A DNA stretch of 64,000 nt from assembly GCA_032161105.1 (NCBI GenBank), contig JAVHTD010000003.1. One strand, given 5' to 3'. This document shows positions 50,063-58,540 of the stretch, in pieces. Every line of letters begins with the position of its first letter. Within the stretch, counting starts at the first letter, position 1. This stretch comes from Candidatus Thermosaccharophagus tengchongensis (GTDB taxonomy: Bacteria > Armatimonadota > Fervidibacteria > Fervidibacterales > Thermosaccharophagaceae). Made by a program: the position numbers and the translations under genes. A model generated the notes under the pieces. The model saw only the letters and a list, made by a program, of their open reading frames with translations. It was not told where the DNA came from and did not search any database.

Positions 50063-51277
50063 TCACCTTATCCCAGCCATCAAGTTCATCTGGAATATGG
50101 GCAGCACCATTGCGAATATGACGAAAGCCACTATAGCGCCCATCGTCAAGATTATCGCCGGCTCAAGTAATCCAACGAGCGTTTTGAGCGATGCATCAAC
50201 TTCAACATCAAGCGTCTCCGCTACTGTCATCAGCGTCCCCGGCAGATCACCTATTTCTTCACCTACAGCTATCATGTGCGTGAGCAGTGGTGGGAACAGA
50301 TTTGCGGCACGAAGGCGTTCCGCTATCCTTTCCCCCTCCCTAACTCTCCCCCTAACTTGGCTCACTTCTGCGGCGAGCACTTCATTTCCGAGCACATCCT
50401 TGGCTATATCAAGCGCCTCAAGTATTGGCACACCACCGCGAAGCAAAGTTGCAAGCGCCCTCGCAAATCTGACGACCGCCATCTTCATGGCGAGGCGCGA
50501 GTAAATTGGGAGGTGCAACTTCATGCTATCAATCATCATCCTGCCAACCCTCGTTGATGCCACCTGACGGTAAAGCGCAAATAGCCCAATGATGGTTAAG
50601 ATGAATGCCCACCACCATTTGGATGCGAACTGCGATATGCTCATCAGGATCATTGTGGGCGTGGGTAACGCCTGCCCGAGTTCCTCGTATATGGCTTGGA
50701 AGCGAGGAACCATGAATGTGATGAGCAAAAAGACAGCCACACTCCCGAGGGTGACGAGAAGTATCGGGTATGCGAGTGATGCTCGTATCTGAGAGAGCCT
50801 CGCTTGTTGCCTCTCCATGTAGTCAGCAAGCCAATCAAGTATGAGTGGTAACCTTCCGGCAGTCTCACCAGCCCTTATGAGGGCAATGTAAAGCGGCGGG
50901 AAGAATTTGCCGTGCTTGCTCAATGCCTCATGGAATGTGCTTCCCGATCGGACATCATCAGCAACTTTCGTCAGCACATCTGAGAGCGCTCTATTCTCGG
51001 TGTGCTCAATCAACGCCTCAAGGCAGCGCATCAATGGCAGTCCACCTTTGAGCAGGTTGGCAAGCTGCCTTGAAAGCAGGGTCAGATCTTGATGACCGAC
51101 CCTCCCCCTTATGCTCACTCCACTCCGCAGCTTGCCATCCAAGACGACCCTAACTTCCAATGGGTAATGCCCCATCTGCCTTATGAGGTTGAAGGCTTCC
51201 TCGCGGCTGTCAGCCACCAGTTCCCCGCGCACCTGCACGCCGCTTCTGTTGAGAGCCACATAGCGGAATGTAGGCAA
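50063..51277 (-). CDS. gspF: Inner-membrane platform protein GspF/PilC
   Basis: RQLANLLKGGLP, AGETAGRL, LAYP, VGEEIGDL and LLEP. Confidence 0.95.
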   Translation of the reverse strand: MPTFRYVALNRSGVQVRGELVADSREEAFNLIRQMGHYPLEVRVVLDGKLRSGVSIRGRVGHQDLTLLSRQLANLLKGGLPLMRCLEALIEHTENRALSDVLTKVADDVRSGSTFHEALSKHGKFFPPLYIALIRAGETAGRLPLILDWLADYMERQQARLSQIRASLAYPILLVTLGSVAVFLLITFMVPRFQAIYEELGQALPTPTMILMSISQFASKWWWAFILTIIGLFALYRQVASTRVGRMMIDSMKLHLPIYSRLAMKMAVVRFARALATLLRGGVPILEALDIAKDVLGNEVLAAEVSQVRGRVREGERIAERLRAANLFPPLLTHMIAVGEEIGDLPGTLMTVAETLDVEVDASLKTLVGLLEPAIILTMGAIVAFVIFAMVLPIFQMNLMAGIR

Positions 51278-51334
51278 TGCGCATCACCGCGCCATCGTGG
51301 GGCGCCACCAATTACACACGCGAAGAAATGGCTT

Positions 51335-53077
51335 CTACTTTAGTGGATTGCCATTCGGCAGCTGCGTCACTCTCTCAACCTCTTCAATTGTCGTTATGCC
51401 GAGCAGGACTTTGCGCAATCCGTCTTGGAGCAGTGTGTGCATTCCATGTTCAATTGCCACTTGCCTTATTTCGTCGGATGGAGCCTTGCGCAGAACCAAT
51501 TCCCTAATCGCTTCATCCATCACGAGCAGCTCAAATATGCCTGTCCGCCCGAAGTAGCCGGTGTATCTGCACTCATCACACCCAGTGCCGCGATAAAACT
51601 TGCAATCCATTGCCTCCTCAAATCCCTCGGAGACAAGCGCCTTCCTGACCGCCTCTCCCGGCTCATACTCAACCTTGCAGTTCTCACAAATCTTCCTCAC
51701 AAGCCTTTGAGCCAATATGCCCTGAAGGGAGGAGGCAATGAGGAATGGTTCCATACCCATCTCAAGGAGCCTTGTAATCGCCCCGGGAGCATCATTGGTA
51801 TGAAGCGTTGAAAACACGAGATGACCAGTCAATGCAGCGTGTATGGCTATCTCGGCGGTCTCGCTGTCCCTGATCTCTCCGACCATGATTATATCCGGGT
51901 CATGCCTGAGTATTGACCTAAGGGCGTTTGCAAATGTGAGACCAATCTGCGGGTTGATTTGTATCTGGTTGACTCCGTCAATCTGGTATTCCACTGGGTC
52001 TTCAATTGTGATGAATTTGAGCGTCGGGGTATATAGCCTCTGTATGGCTGCGTAGAGCGTCGTTGTTTTGCCGCTCCCAGTCGGACCGGTTGCCAGCAAT
52101 ATGCCATACGGCGCTTTTATGACGCGCTCAAACCGGCTCAAGTCATCCCCCATCATTCCGAGCTGCTCAAGCGTGAGAAGCGATGATGACCTGTCAAGTA
52201 TCCTTAAGACAACCGACTCTCCGAACATCGTCGGTATGATTGAGACGCGAAGGTCAATTTCCCTGCCGAGCACGCGTATTCTTATGCGCCCATCCTGCGG
52301 CTTACGCCTCTCGGTTATGTCAAGGTTTGACATGATCTTTATCCGAGAGACGATGGCTGCATGGAAGCGCTTTGCCGGTGGTGGGACTTCATGGAGCACT
52401 CCGTCAATCCTGTATCGTATCCTCAAAGTGCGCTCAAACGGCTCAATGTGAACATCGGTGGCTCTTTCTCTGACTGCATTTCTGATGAGCATATCAACAA
52501 GCCTTATCACCAGAGCCTCTTTTGCGAGGCGAGTCGGGTCACCTATCTCCTCCTCAACCTCAATCACTTCAATTTGCTCATCTTGGCTCTCCTGCATCAC
52601 CCTGCGCATATAGTGCTGCTCAACTAAGGACTTTATGTCGCTCGGACAGGCAAGATATGGCTCCACATTTAACCCGGTGATGAAGCGCAGGGCATCCTCG
52701 GCAGCAACATCAAGTGGGTCTGCAACCGCCACGCGCAACACGGAGTCTCGCTTCTCAATCGGAAGAACCATATGCCTGTATGCGACTTCCGGTGGGAGGA
52801 GCGTTATAGCATCTGGGTCAATCTTCTCCTCACGCAGATTGATGACTGGCAAACCAGTTTGAATTGAGAGAGCCTCAACAACATCTTCCTCCGTGCAATA
52901 ACCGAGCTCAACTAACAACTCACCGAGCCTTTTCTCTCCCGAGCTTTGGGCTTGCAACTTCAAAGCCTCTTCAAGCTTTTCCTTTGACAGCTTTCCGAGC
53001 CTGATGAGCACTTCACCTATTAGTTCGCCATAGACCCTTTGTTGGCTGCTTGAGTTTACTTCTTCACCGCGCTTCAA
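51335..53077 (-). CDS. gspE: Secretion ATPase GspE/PulE with an N-terminal MshEN-like domain
   Basis: GPTGSGKTT, TIEDPVE, LRHDPDIIMVGEIRD, TLHTND and a CENC/CDEC Zn motif. Confidence 0.96.
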   Translation of the reverse strand: MKRGEEVNSSSQQRVYGELIGEVLIRLGKLSKEKLEEALKLQAQSSGEKRLGELLVELGYCTEEDVVEALSIQTGLPVINLREEKIDPDAITLLPPEVAYRHMVLPIEKRDSVLRVAVADPLDVAAEDALRFITGLNVEPYLACPSDIKSLVEQHYMRRVMQESQDEQIEVIEVEEEIGDPTRLAKEALVIRLVDMLIRNAVRERATDVHIEPFERTLRIRYRIDGVLHEVPPPAKRFHAAIVSRIKIMSNLDITERRKPQDGRIRIRVLGREIDLRVSIIPTMFGESVVLRILDRSSSLLTLEQLGMMGDDLSRFERVIKAPYGILLATGPTGSGKTTTLYAAIQRLYTPTLKFITIEDPVEYQIDGVNQIQINPQIGLTFANALRSILRHDPDIIMVGEIRDSETAEIAIHAALTGHLVFSTLHTNDAPGAITRLLEMGMEPFLIASSLQGILAQRLVRKICENCKVEYEPGEAVRKALVSEGFEEAMDCKFYRGTGCDECRYTGYFGRTGIFELLVMDEAIRELVLRKAPSDEIRQVAIEHGMHTLLQDGLRKVLLGITTIEEVERVTQLPNGNPLK

Positions 53078-53116
53078 ATGACATCGCCCCCCATGAGGGC
53101 ATCAGGTGCCTTTAAT

Positions 53117-54187
53117 TCACTTAGTCGGAGCGGTAATTGACGACGCCATCCGCTCAAGAACTGATCTTGAGATGCGTGAGACAAGCACAACATTGACATC
53201 GCCCACACGCCTGTGGACGATGCCTTGTGGCATGAAGAACATGGGCTGCCTTCCATACCGATGCTGCTGTGGGCGCTCCCTCCCCTTAATTGACTTACTC
53301 TCAAAAACGGATATGACGCCCAAACCATTGGTGTAGATCAACTGCAAACTCACTCCACCACTCCATGGCGGCATTTCAATTACGAACGCTTTGTCAAAAA
53401 TGTATCCGGGAGGAAGCCATGTCGGGAGCAACGGTGTAAATCCCAAATCAGTTGGTAACTCGGAAAGCCCAAACGGACCTCTCCTTGAGAAACCTGTGTT
53501 GACCACTTTGCTCTCCTTTGGCAGGTTCAATTGGAAGAGCGATGGCGATATATGCTCACTAAGCGTGAATTCCTGATACTCCATTCGCCACGCGAGGCTG
53601 CCATCGGGGTTGTAATCTTCAACCTTGAGGGGAATATAAATGCCGCTGTCAAGCCACACTTTCCGAGACGGATTGAAGCCATGATATGGCTCAAACGATA
53701 TGATATAGCACTCCCTTCCACTCACCTCATCCTTCCCGAGAACATTTACCCTGTAGTTTTGCAGGAGGAGGTCAAGCCGTTCCATATTCACATCCCAAGG
53801 TGCCTTGAAAACATCGCGCGATTGAATGACCACCTTACCACCAGCGACTATGTGCCACACGGTTTTCCCGTCACTGATTACCACATTTCCCTTGGCCGTT
53901 TCCGGCTCAATCAATTCCGTGCGCATTCTCCCGGCGGCATCGCGCCATATGCGCCATACCCACACGCTCTCCTTGCCACCATAAATGAACACCGCCTTTT
54001 GTATGCCGCTGTAACTCCTCGGAACGCCCTTTTTAACCCATTCATGCACAAGCTGAACACCATCCAACTTGCATCCTTTCCCAGACGGCACACCACAAAA
54101 TGCAGAGATGGTCTGGGTTAACACAAGCATTGCAAGTATTGCTTGAGCAAACATGATACCGCCTGTGATTTTTACCATTTCCCTCAC
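53117..54187 (-). CDS. RseB/MucB-like periplasmic sigma-E regulator (LolA-like fold)
   Basis: Signal peptide, LLLQNY...G.DEVSGRECY, PTWLPPGY and YTNGLGVISVFE; follows the anti-sigma gene. Confidence 0.8.
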   Translation of the reverse strand: MREMVKITGGIMFAQAILAMLVLTQTISAFCGVPSGKGCKLDGVQLVHEWVKKGVPRSYSGIQKAVFIYGGKESVWVWRIWRDAAGRMRTELIEPETAKGNVVISDGKTVWHIVAGGKVVIQSRDVFKAPWDVNMERLDLLLQNYRVNVLGKDEVSGRECYIISFEPYHGFNPSRKVWLDSGIYIPLKVEDYNPDGSLAWRMEYQEFTLSEHISPSLFQLNLPKESKVVNTGFSRRGPFGLSELPTDLGFTPLLPTWLPPGYIFDKAFVIEMPPWSGGVSLQLIYTNGLGVISVFESKSIKGRERPQQHRYGRQPMFFMPQGIVHRRVGDVNVVLVSRISRSVLERMASSITAPTK

Positions 54188-54243
54188 GGCTTCAATTTCA
54201 CCATCGCTTTGAATTGAGCTTCACTTTCCGCCTGCGTTGAATC

Positions 54244-54729
54244 TCACCGCAAAGACACGAAGTTAACTATGGAGGCACTCAGCACAGGGCTGGGCAACGC
54301 CTGCGCCTCTTCAGCGCCGAGCAAATGGGCATGCACATAAACTGGCAAGACATCGCTATGCGCTATATCGTGTATCGTCACCTGCTTGCTCCTTATCCCA
54401 AGCCAACACAACCCAAATAGCACTGTCAGTGCAAACGCGAATCCCAAGGGAAGCCATTTGAGATGCGAACGCTGTGTCACCGTTTGAGCCGATTCAAGCT
54501 CAGCCAACTTGGGAGCTATGCACTCATACACATCAACCGGCGCTTTAACCCTTTCAGAGCCATCTTGTGTTCGCATAGCTTCACATATGAGCTGCAAAGC
54601 GCTCCACTCAGCTCTGCATGCTATGCATTCCCTCATATGAGCCTCACACCATTTTCTCGCGCTCTGAGTTATTTCACCATCAACCATTAGTGACATATAC
54701 TTGCGAGCCTTTGCGCATGCCCATCGCAT
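54244..54729 (-). CDS. Zinc-finger (zf-HC2/ZAS) transmembrane anti-sigma factor
   Basis: C...DGE...HMRECIAC (HxxxCxxC), a single TM and a short periplasmic tail. Confidence 0.88.
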   Translation of the reverse strand: MRWACAKARKYMSLMVDGEITQSARKWCEAHMRECIACRAEWSALQLICEAMRTQDGSERVKAPVDVYECIAPKLAELESAQTVTQRSHLKWLPLGFAFALTVLFGLCWLGIRSKQVTIHDIAHSDVLPVYVHAHLLGAEEAQALPSPVLSASIVNFVSLR

Positions 54730-54746
54730 AGTTCATCACCCTTTCA

Positions 54747-55421
54747 TCAAATTCGTATGTATGGAGCGAGCATTCTCTTGAGCAATTCCCTCGCTTGAAA
54801 GAGCCTGCTCTTTACGGTCCCGACTCTGCAACCAACGATGCGAGCAATTTCCTCGTATGACATGCCATCGTATTCCCGTAACAGAAGGACAACCTTAAGT
54901 TGCTTCGGTAAGGACTCAACTGCCTCACGAACCTTCATCCTCAGTTCGCTGCCAAGCACTCGCCCTTCCGGGTCGCCATCCTCGCTTGGCACATCGTAGT
55001 GCTCCGCTGATTCATCAACCTCAAACGGATCCATCTCGCTCGGCTTTATATCGTCCCAGTAAACCGAGTTTATGTGCCGCCTCCTTCGGAAATCAATGCA
55101 TACATTCACAGCGATGCGATACAACCAAGTGTAAAATTTTGACCTGCCCCTGAACTCACCCAGCTTCGCAAAAGCTTTGATGAATGTCTCTTGGGTTAAG
55201 TCTAAAGCATCCTCATGGTTGCCAACATAACGATACGCCAAATTATAGATGCGATCCTGATATCGCCTGACGAGAACAGCAAAAGCTTCTCTTTCACCGG
55301 CACGGGCGAGCTTACCGAGTTCGTCATCATCAAGGTGACTCAAATTTAGCATCCTTCTCGTCCTCAACTCAAACCCTCCCAATCCTGCAATGTCGCGCTG
55401 GATGATGAATGCCCTCTTCAC
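54747..55421 (-). CDS. ECF sigma-70 factor (RpoE/SigW-like)
   Basis: DALDLTQETF, FYTWLYRIAVN, SYEEIA and GTVKSRLFQAR. Confidence 0.95.
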   Translation of the reverse strand: MKRAFIIQRDIAGLGGFELRTRRMLNLSHLDDDELGKLARAGEREAFAVLVRRYQDRIYNLAYRYVGNHEDALDLTQETFIKAFAKLGEFRGRSKFYTWLYRIAVNVCIDFRRRRHINSVYWDDIKPSEMDPFEVDESAEHYDVPSEDGDPEGRVLGSELRMKVREAVESLPKQLKVVLLLREYDGMSYEEIARIVGCRVGTVKSRLFQARELLKRMLAPYIRI

Positions 55422-55503
55422 CCTCTTTGGACAAGCAGCGATGTGACCGGATCACCGCTCCTCCACTTCAGCGAGCTGCCGCGACAACCACATGCTCACT
55501 TCA

Positions 55504-55530
55504 TTAGACGATGGCAACATCAGCAAGTTT
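55504..55530 (-). promoter_or_regulatory. Predicted ECF (sigmaE/AlgU-type) autoregulatory promoter
   Basis: The minus strand reads AAACTT-N15-GTCTAA (equivalently AAACTT-N16-TCTAA), about 80 nt upstream of the ECF gene. Confidence 0.7.
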
Positions 55531-55772
55531 GATCATCAATCGTCCTCTCAACCAATTGTATTCTGAGAGGATGATGATGCACCATGCCCCTGCAAGCCGG
55601 ACTGCACGACGACGAATGTTGAAGGTGCTGCAGAAGAAAAGCGATCAGCCAACGCGCCCATCCTACCAAGCTGAGCGAAACAACGGCTGTTAGAGTGAGC
55701 CGTTCCCAATTGCGGCGAAGCCAATGGGGTCAAATTGCGCAATCGCGGTGTTGTGATCATTCAACCATCGGG

Positions 55773-57902
55773 TCACCAATCCCATCCGTGTTCTTTTCTT
55801 TCGCTCGGGCTGAAGAAAGCGCGCAGGAACTCCTTAGCCTTTTCAACCGCTGCATCTCCCAAATGTCCGTAGTAACCTTTGGCGAATTCCTCAAAGCCCG
55901 ATTGACCGTCATATCGCCCTTGCAGCAACTCAACGCACATCCTTGCACGCCTGCAATTCAACCACCACTTATCGGTGAACTGCTGCCATGTGGCTTTGTT
56001 ATATCGCTTCTCCATCCACTCCTCGGGTTTGAAGCCATCAAACCGAAGGTGCTTTTCGCCATCGGGATACATCCTCAAGATGGTTTGGTAGATGCGCCAC
56101 CAGCGGTTGCTTTCGTCTCTTATCGGCATCGCTGTTTCCCAATCAAAGCCCTTTAACGGTTCTTCATTCGGCTTATACTCACGCCCGATGCTCAACGCTT
56201 GGATGTCACCGAAGTCGGTGGAGTAGCGAACTTCATTTTCAAGGTCGGTGTTCTGCTCAAAGTTGCGCTTTGATGCCGAAAGCAATCGGTTGCCAAGTTG
56301 CCAACCATATTTTTTCACGGCGTAAATGATTGCCATCTTTGTTATGAGCGTCGGTAAGCCTTTGACGGCTTGCTCCTCCTCATCCGGGTTGAACTCAATC
56401 CCCTTCCTGCGAAGTTCGGCGAGCACCCTTTCATCCTTCAAAGCCGGGTCGTTCAATGGCGCTCCCTTCTTAAGCTTTAACATCACCTCGCTCCTCAAAG
56501 GCTCATCAAGCGCATTCAGTATCGCTTCAAGGCGTTCCTCACGCATCGCATCCAAGTAGCGCCCCATCATTGATGTGACTACGGAGCCACCCTCAGTTAC
56601 CTCCTCGGCGAGCTGTCTACCTGTCTTGCGCTTGTATTCCATCATTCCCTCAATCTCGGCGTCAACCGAGGCGGCAATCTGCGATAGGTCGTGAGTCACA
56701 GTCGCATTGGTGTATAGGCGCACACCATACCTGTTGTTTCCGGCGTTGAACTCGCGCAGCACCTTAAGCCCAACTGGTCCAGTCACCGACACCTTAAAGT
56801 GATTGTTTGAGTGCCCGACTCGCCCATCGCTCAATCGGTGATAAAGTTCATCGGCATCCTCAAGGAAGATCTCATCAACTGGCTTCAAGCGCTCACACAG
56901 CCGCATGTATATCTCCGGCGCTTCGTTGAGCAGGTAATCAATGTCCTCGTGCTTATCGGTGCGCAATTGGAAGGCAACTCGCCCGAGCCCCTCAAGCAGG
57001 AACACAGGGCGTTGCCCGAGCATAGCATTTACAACCACTTCCTCGGTGAATGTTGTTCCAGCCCATTCGTCATCCAAACTTTCCCTTATCTGCCGTTCAG
57101 CTATTCGCCTTCTGACTGGTGCCCACTTCCTTGGAAGGTCATCCTCACCAAGCGTTGCTATGACTGGGTTTGTCGTTCCGCCGAGGCTGCCGAGCTTTCG
57201 GCAATCATCTGCCTGCTCGCTATAGTCATTGAAGAATTGCGTTATCGTCTTCCCGGAGCGCCTCGCAAAGTATTGCTCAACATAGTAATTGCCCCGTGAG
57301 AACAATTCAGCCCTGTGCGCTATGTAATCTGTAAGCGTGGCAAATGGGTCTTTACCCCTCTCCATCTGCCACTTCAATGCCCATGCACGAAATAGGTTTT
57401 CTCCCTTAGCGCTGTTGACATTGAACGCGTATTGGCGAAGGTAATCAAGGATCTCACGGGCAACCCGCTCATCTTGCCCTTGCATCCAGGCAAGCAGTGA
57501 GAGCATCTCTTCCCTCTCGCTTCCAATCTCCTCCTCGGTGAGGACGCCCTCCCCATGCCATTCAAACCTTGTCAGGTTATGGTCAAGGTCAACTGGCGAA
57601 TGAATTGAGTCAGCCCAATAGAGCGCAAATTGGATATAGCGTCTCCGCAACTCCCCGTCAGCTTCGGCAAACCTCCTTTTAAGCTCCTCCCTTATGGCTG
57701 GGGCAAGCTCTCGGTATTCACTCGGTGTGGTGAAGAAAACGAGCTTATAGGCGGCAATGCGTGCATCATCACCATCCATAAGATGCTTTGTCCGCCCATC
57801 GCGCCCTTCAGCCACATTCAGGATCGCCCTCAGCAGCCTTTGCATCCGTTCCGAAGCAATGGACACATGAGTTGGGTTACCACTGTGCTCCCTTTTTCCC
57901 AT
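55773..57902 (-). CDS. Atypical transaldolase/fructose-6-phosphate aldolase-fold protein with a ~220-aa N-terminal extension
   Basis: FFNDY, GGTTNP, HFKVSVT (Schiff-base Lys), TNAT, SMMGR and LLSAS occur in transaldolase order; RBS GGAGGTG. Confidence 0.75.
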   Translation of the reverse strand: MGKREHSGNPTHVSIASERMQRLLRAILNVAEGRDGRTKHLMDGDDARIAAYKLVFFTTPSEYRELAPAIREELKRRFAEADGELRRRYIQFALYWADSIHSPVDLDHNLTRFEWHGEGVLTEEEIGSEREEMLSLLAWMQGQDERVAREILDYLRQYAFNVNSAKGENLFRAWALKWQMERGKDPFATLTDYIAHRAELFSRGNYYVEQYFARRSGKTITQFFNDYSEQADDCRKLGSLGGTTNPVIATLGEDDLPRKWAPVRRRIAERQIRESLDDEWAGTTFTEEVVVNAMLGQRPVFLLEGLGRVAFQLRTDKHEDIDYLLNEAPEIYMRLCERLKPVDEIFLEDADELYHRLSDGRVGHSNNHFKVSVTGPVGLKVLREFNAGNNRYGVRLYTNATVTHDLSQIAASVDAEIEGMMEYKRKTGRQLAEEVTEGGSVVTSMMGRYLDAMREERLEAILNALDEPLRSEVMLKLKKGAPLNDPALKDERVLAELRRKGIEFNPDEEEQAVKGLPTLITKMAIIYAVKKYGWQLGNRLLSASKRNFEQNTDLENEVRYSTDFGDIQALSIGREYKPNEEPLKGFDWETAMPIRDESNRWWRIYQTILRMYPDGEKHLRFDGFKPEEWMEKRYNKATWQQFTDKWWLNCRRARMCVELLQGRYDGQSGFEEFAKGYYGHLGDAAVEKAKEFLRAFFSPSERKEHGWDW

Positions 57903-58004
57903 TCCTATTCACCTCCGTGCCCGAAACCGCTCCCCACCTCAGCTTAATGTCACAACCATTTGCGAGCGCTAAAAGCCACCAATGCAGGAGACAATGCTGC
58001 CCCT

Positions 58005-58463
58005 TCATCTTCGTCCCCTGAGATGCCTTTCTATCTCCCTCTTGAGCTCGCGCTCAATCAACATTTTGCGCTTGTCGTGTTTCTTCAAGCCCCTTGCGAG
58101 AGCTAACTCCAGTTTAGCGTAACCGCGCTCATTGAAGTAGATGCGCAATGGTATGAGTGTTAGACCCTTTTGAGCAACGGCTCCCATAAGGCGATTTATC
58201 TCATGCTTGTGGAGCAACAGTTTCCGCTTCCTGTCGGGTGGCGGAGAAAAGTGTTTGCTCCCTTCCCATGGAGCTATGTGGACACCATAAAGCCATACTT
58301 CGCCATTTTCAACCTTTGCAAAGCCCTCACTCAAGTCCACCCTGCCAGCACGCAACGATTTGACTTCGCTACCAGTGAGAGCAATTCCAGCCTCGTATGA
58401 CTCAAGTATTTCAAAATCGCGCTTTGCACGCCTGTTGACCGCCACTACCCTCATCCATGACAC
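58005..58463 (-). CDS. smpB: SsrA-binding protein
   Basis: NRRAKRDF, EAGIALTGSEVKSLR, RKRKLLLHKHEI and HDKR. Confidence 0.97.
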   Translation of the reverse strand: MSWMRVVAVNRRAKRDFEILESYEAGIALTGSEVKSLRAGRVDLSEGFAKVENGEVWLYGVHIAPWEGSKHFSPPPDRKRKLLLHKHEINRLMGAVAQKGLTLIPLRIYFNERGYAKLELALARGLKKHDKRKMLIERELKREIERHLRGRR

Positions 58464-58540
58464 CTCTTACTCATCCATCTGTTGCTGTTTCTGCGCCGTC
58501 CATTTGAGGGAGCTGCACTTATGGCTTTTGGCAATGTGCC

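Noticed and set aside
55422..55772. tmRNA (ssrA) in the ~350-nt spacer near smpB
   Set aside because: No GGGG 5' end or TCCACCA 3' end with a T-arm seen on either strand. The region instead holds the ECF promoter.
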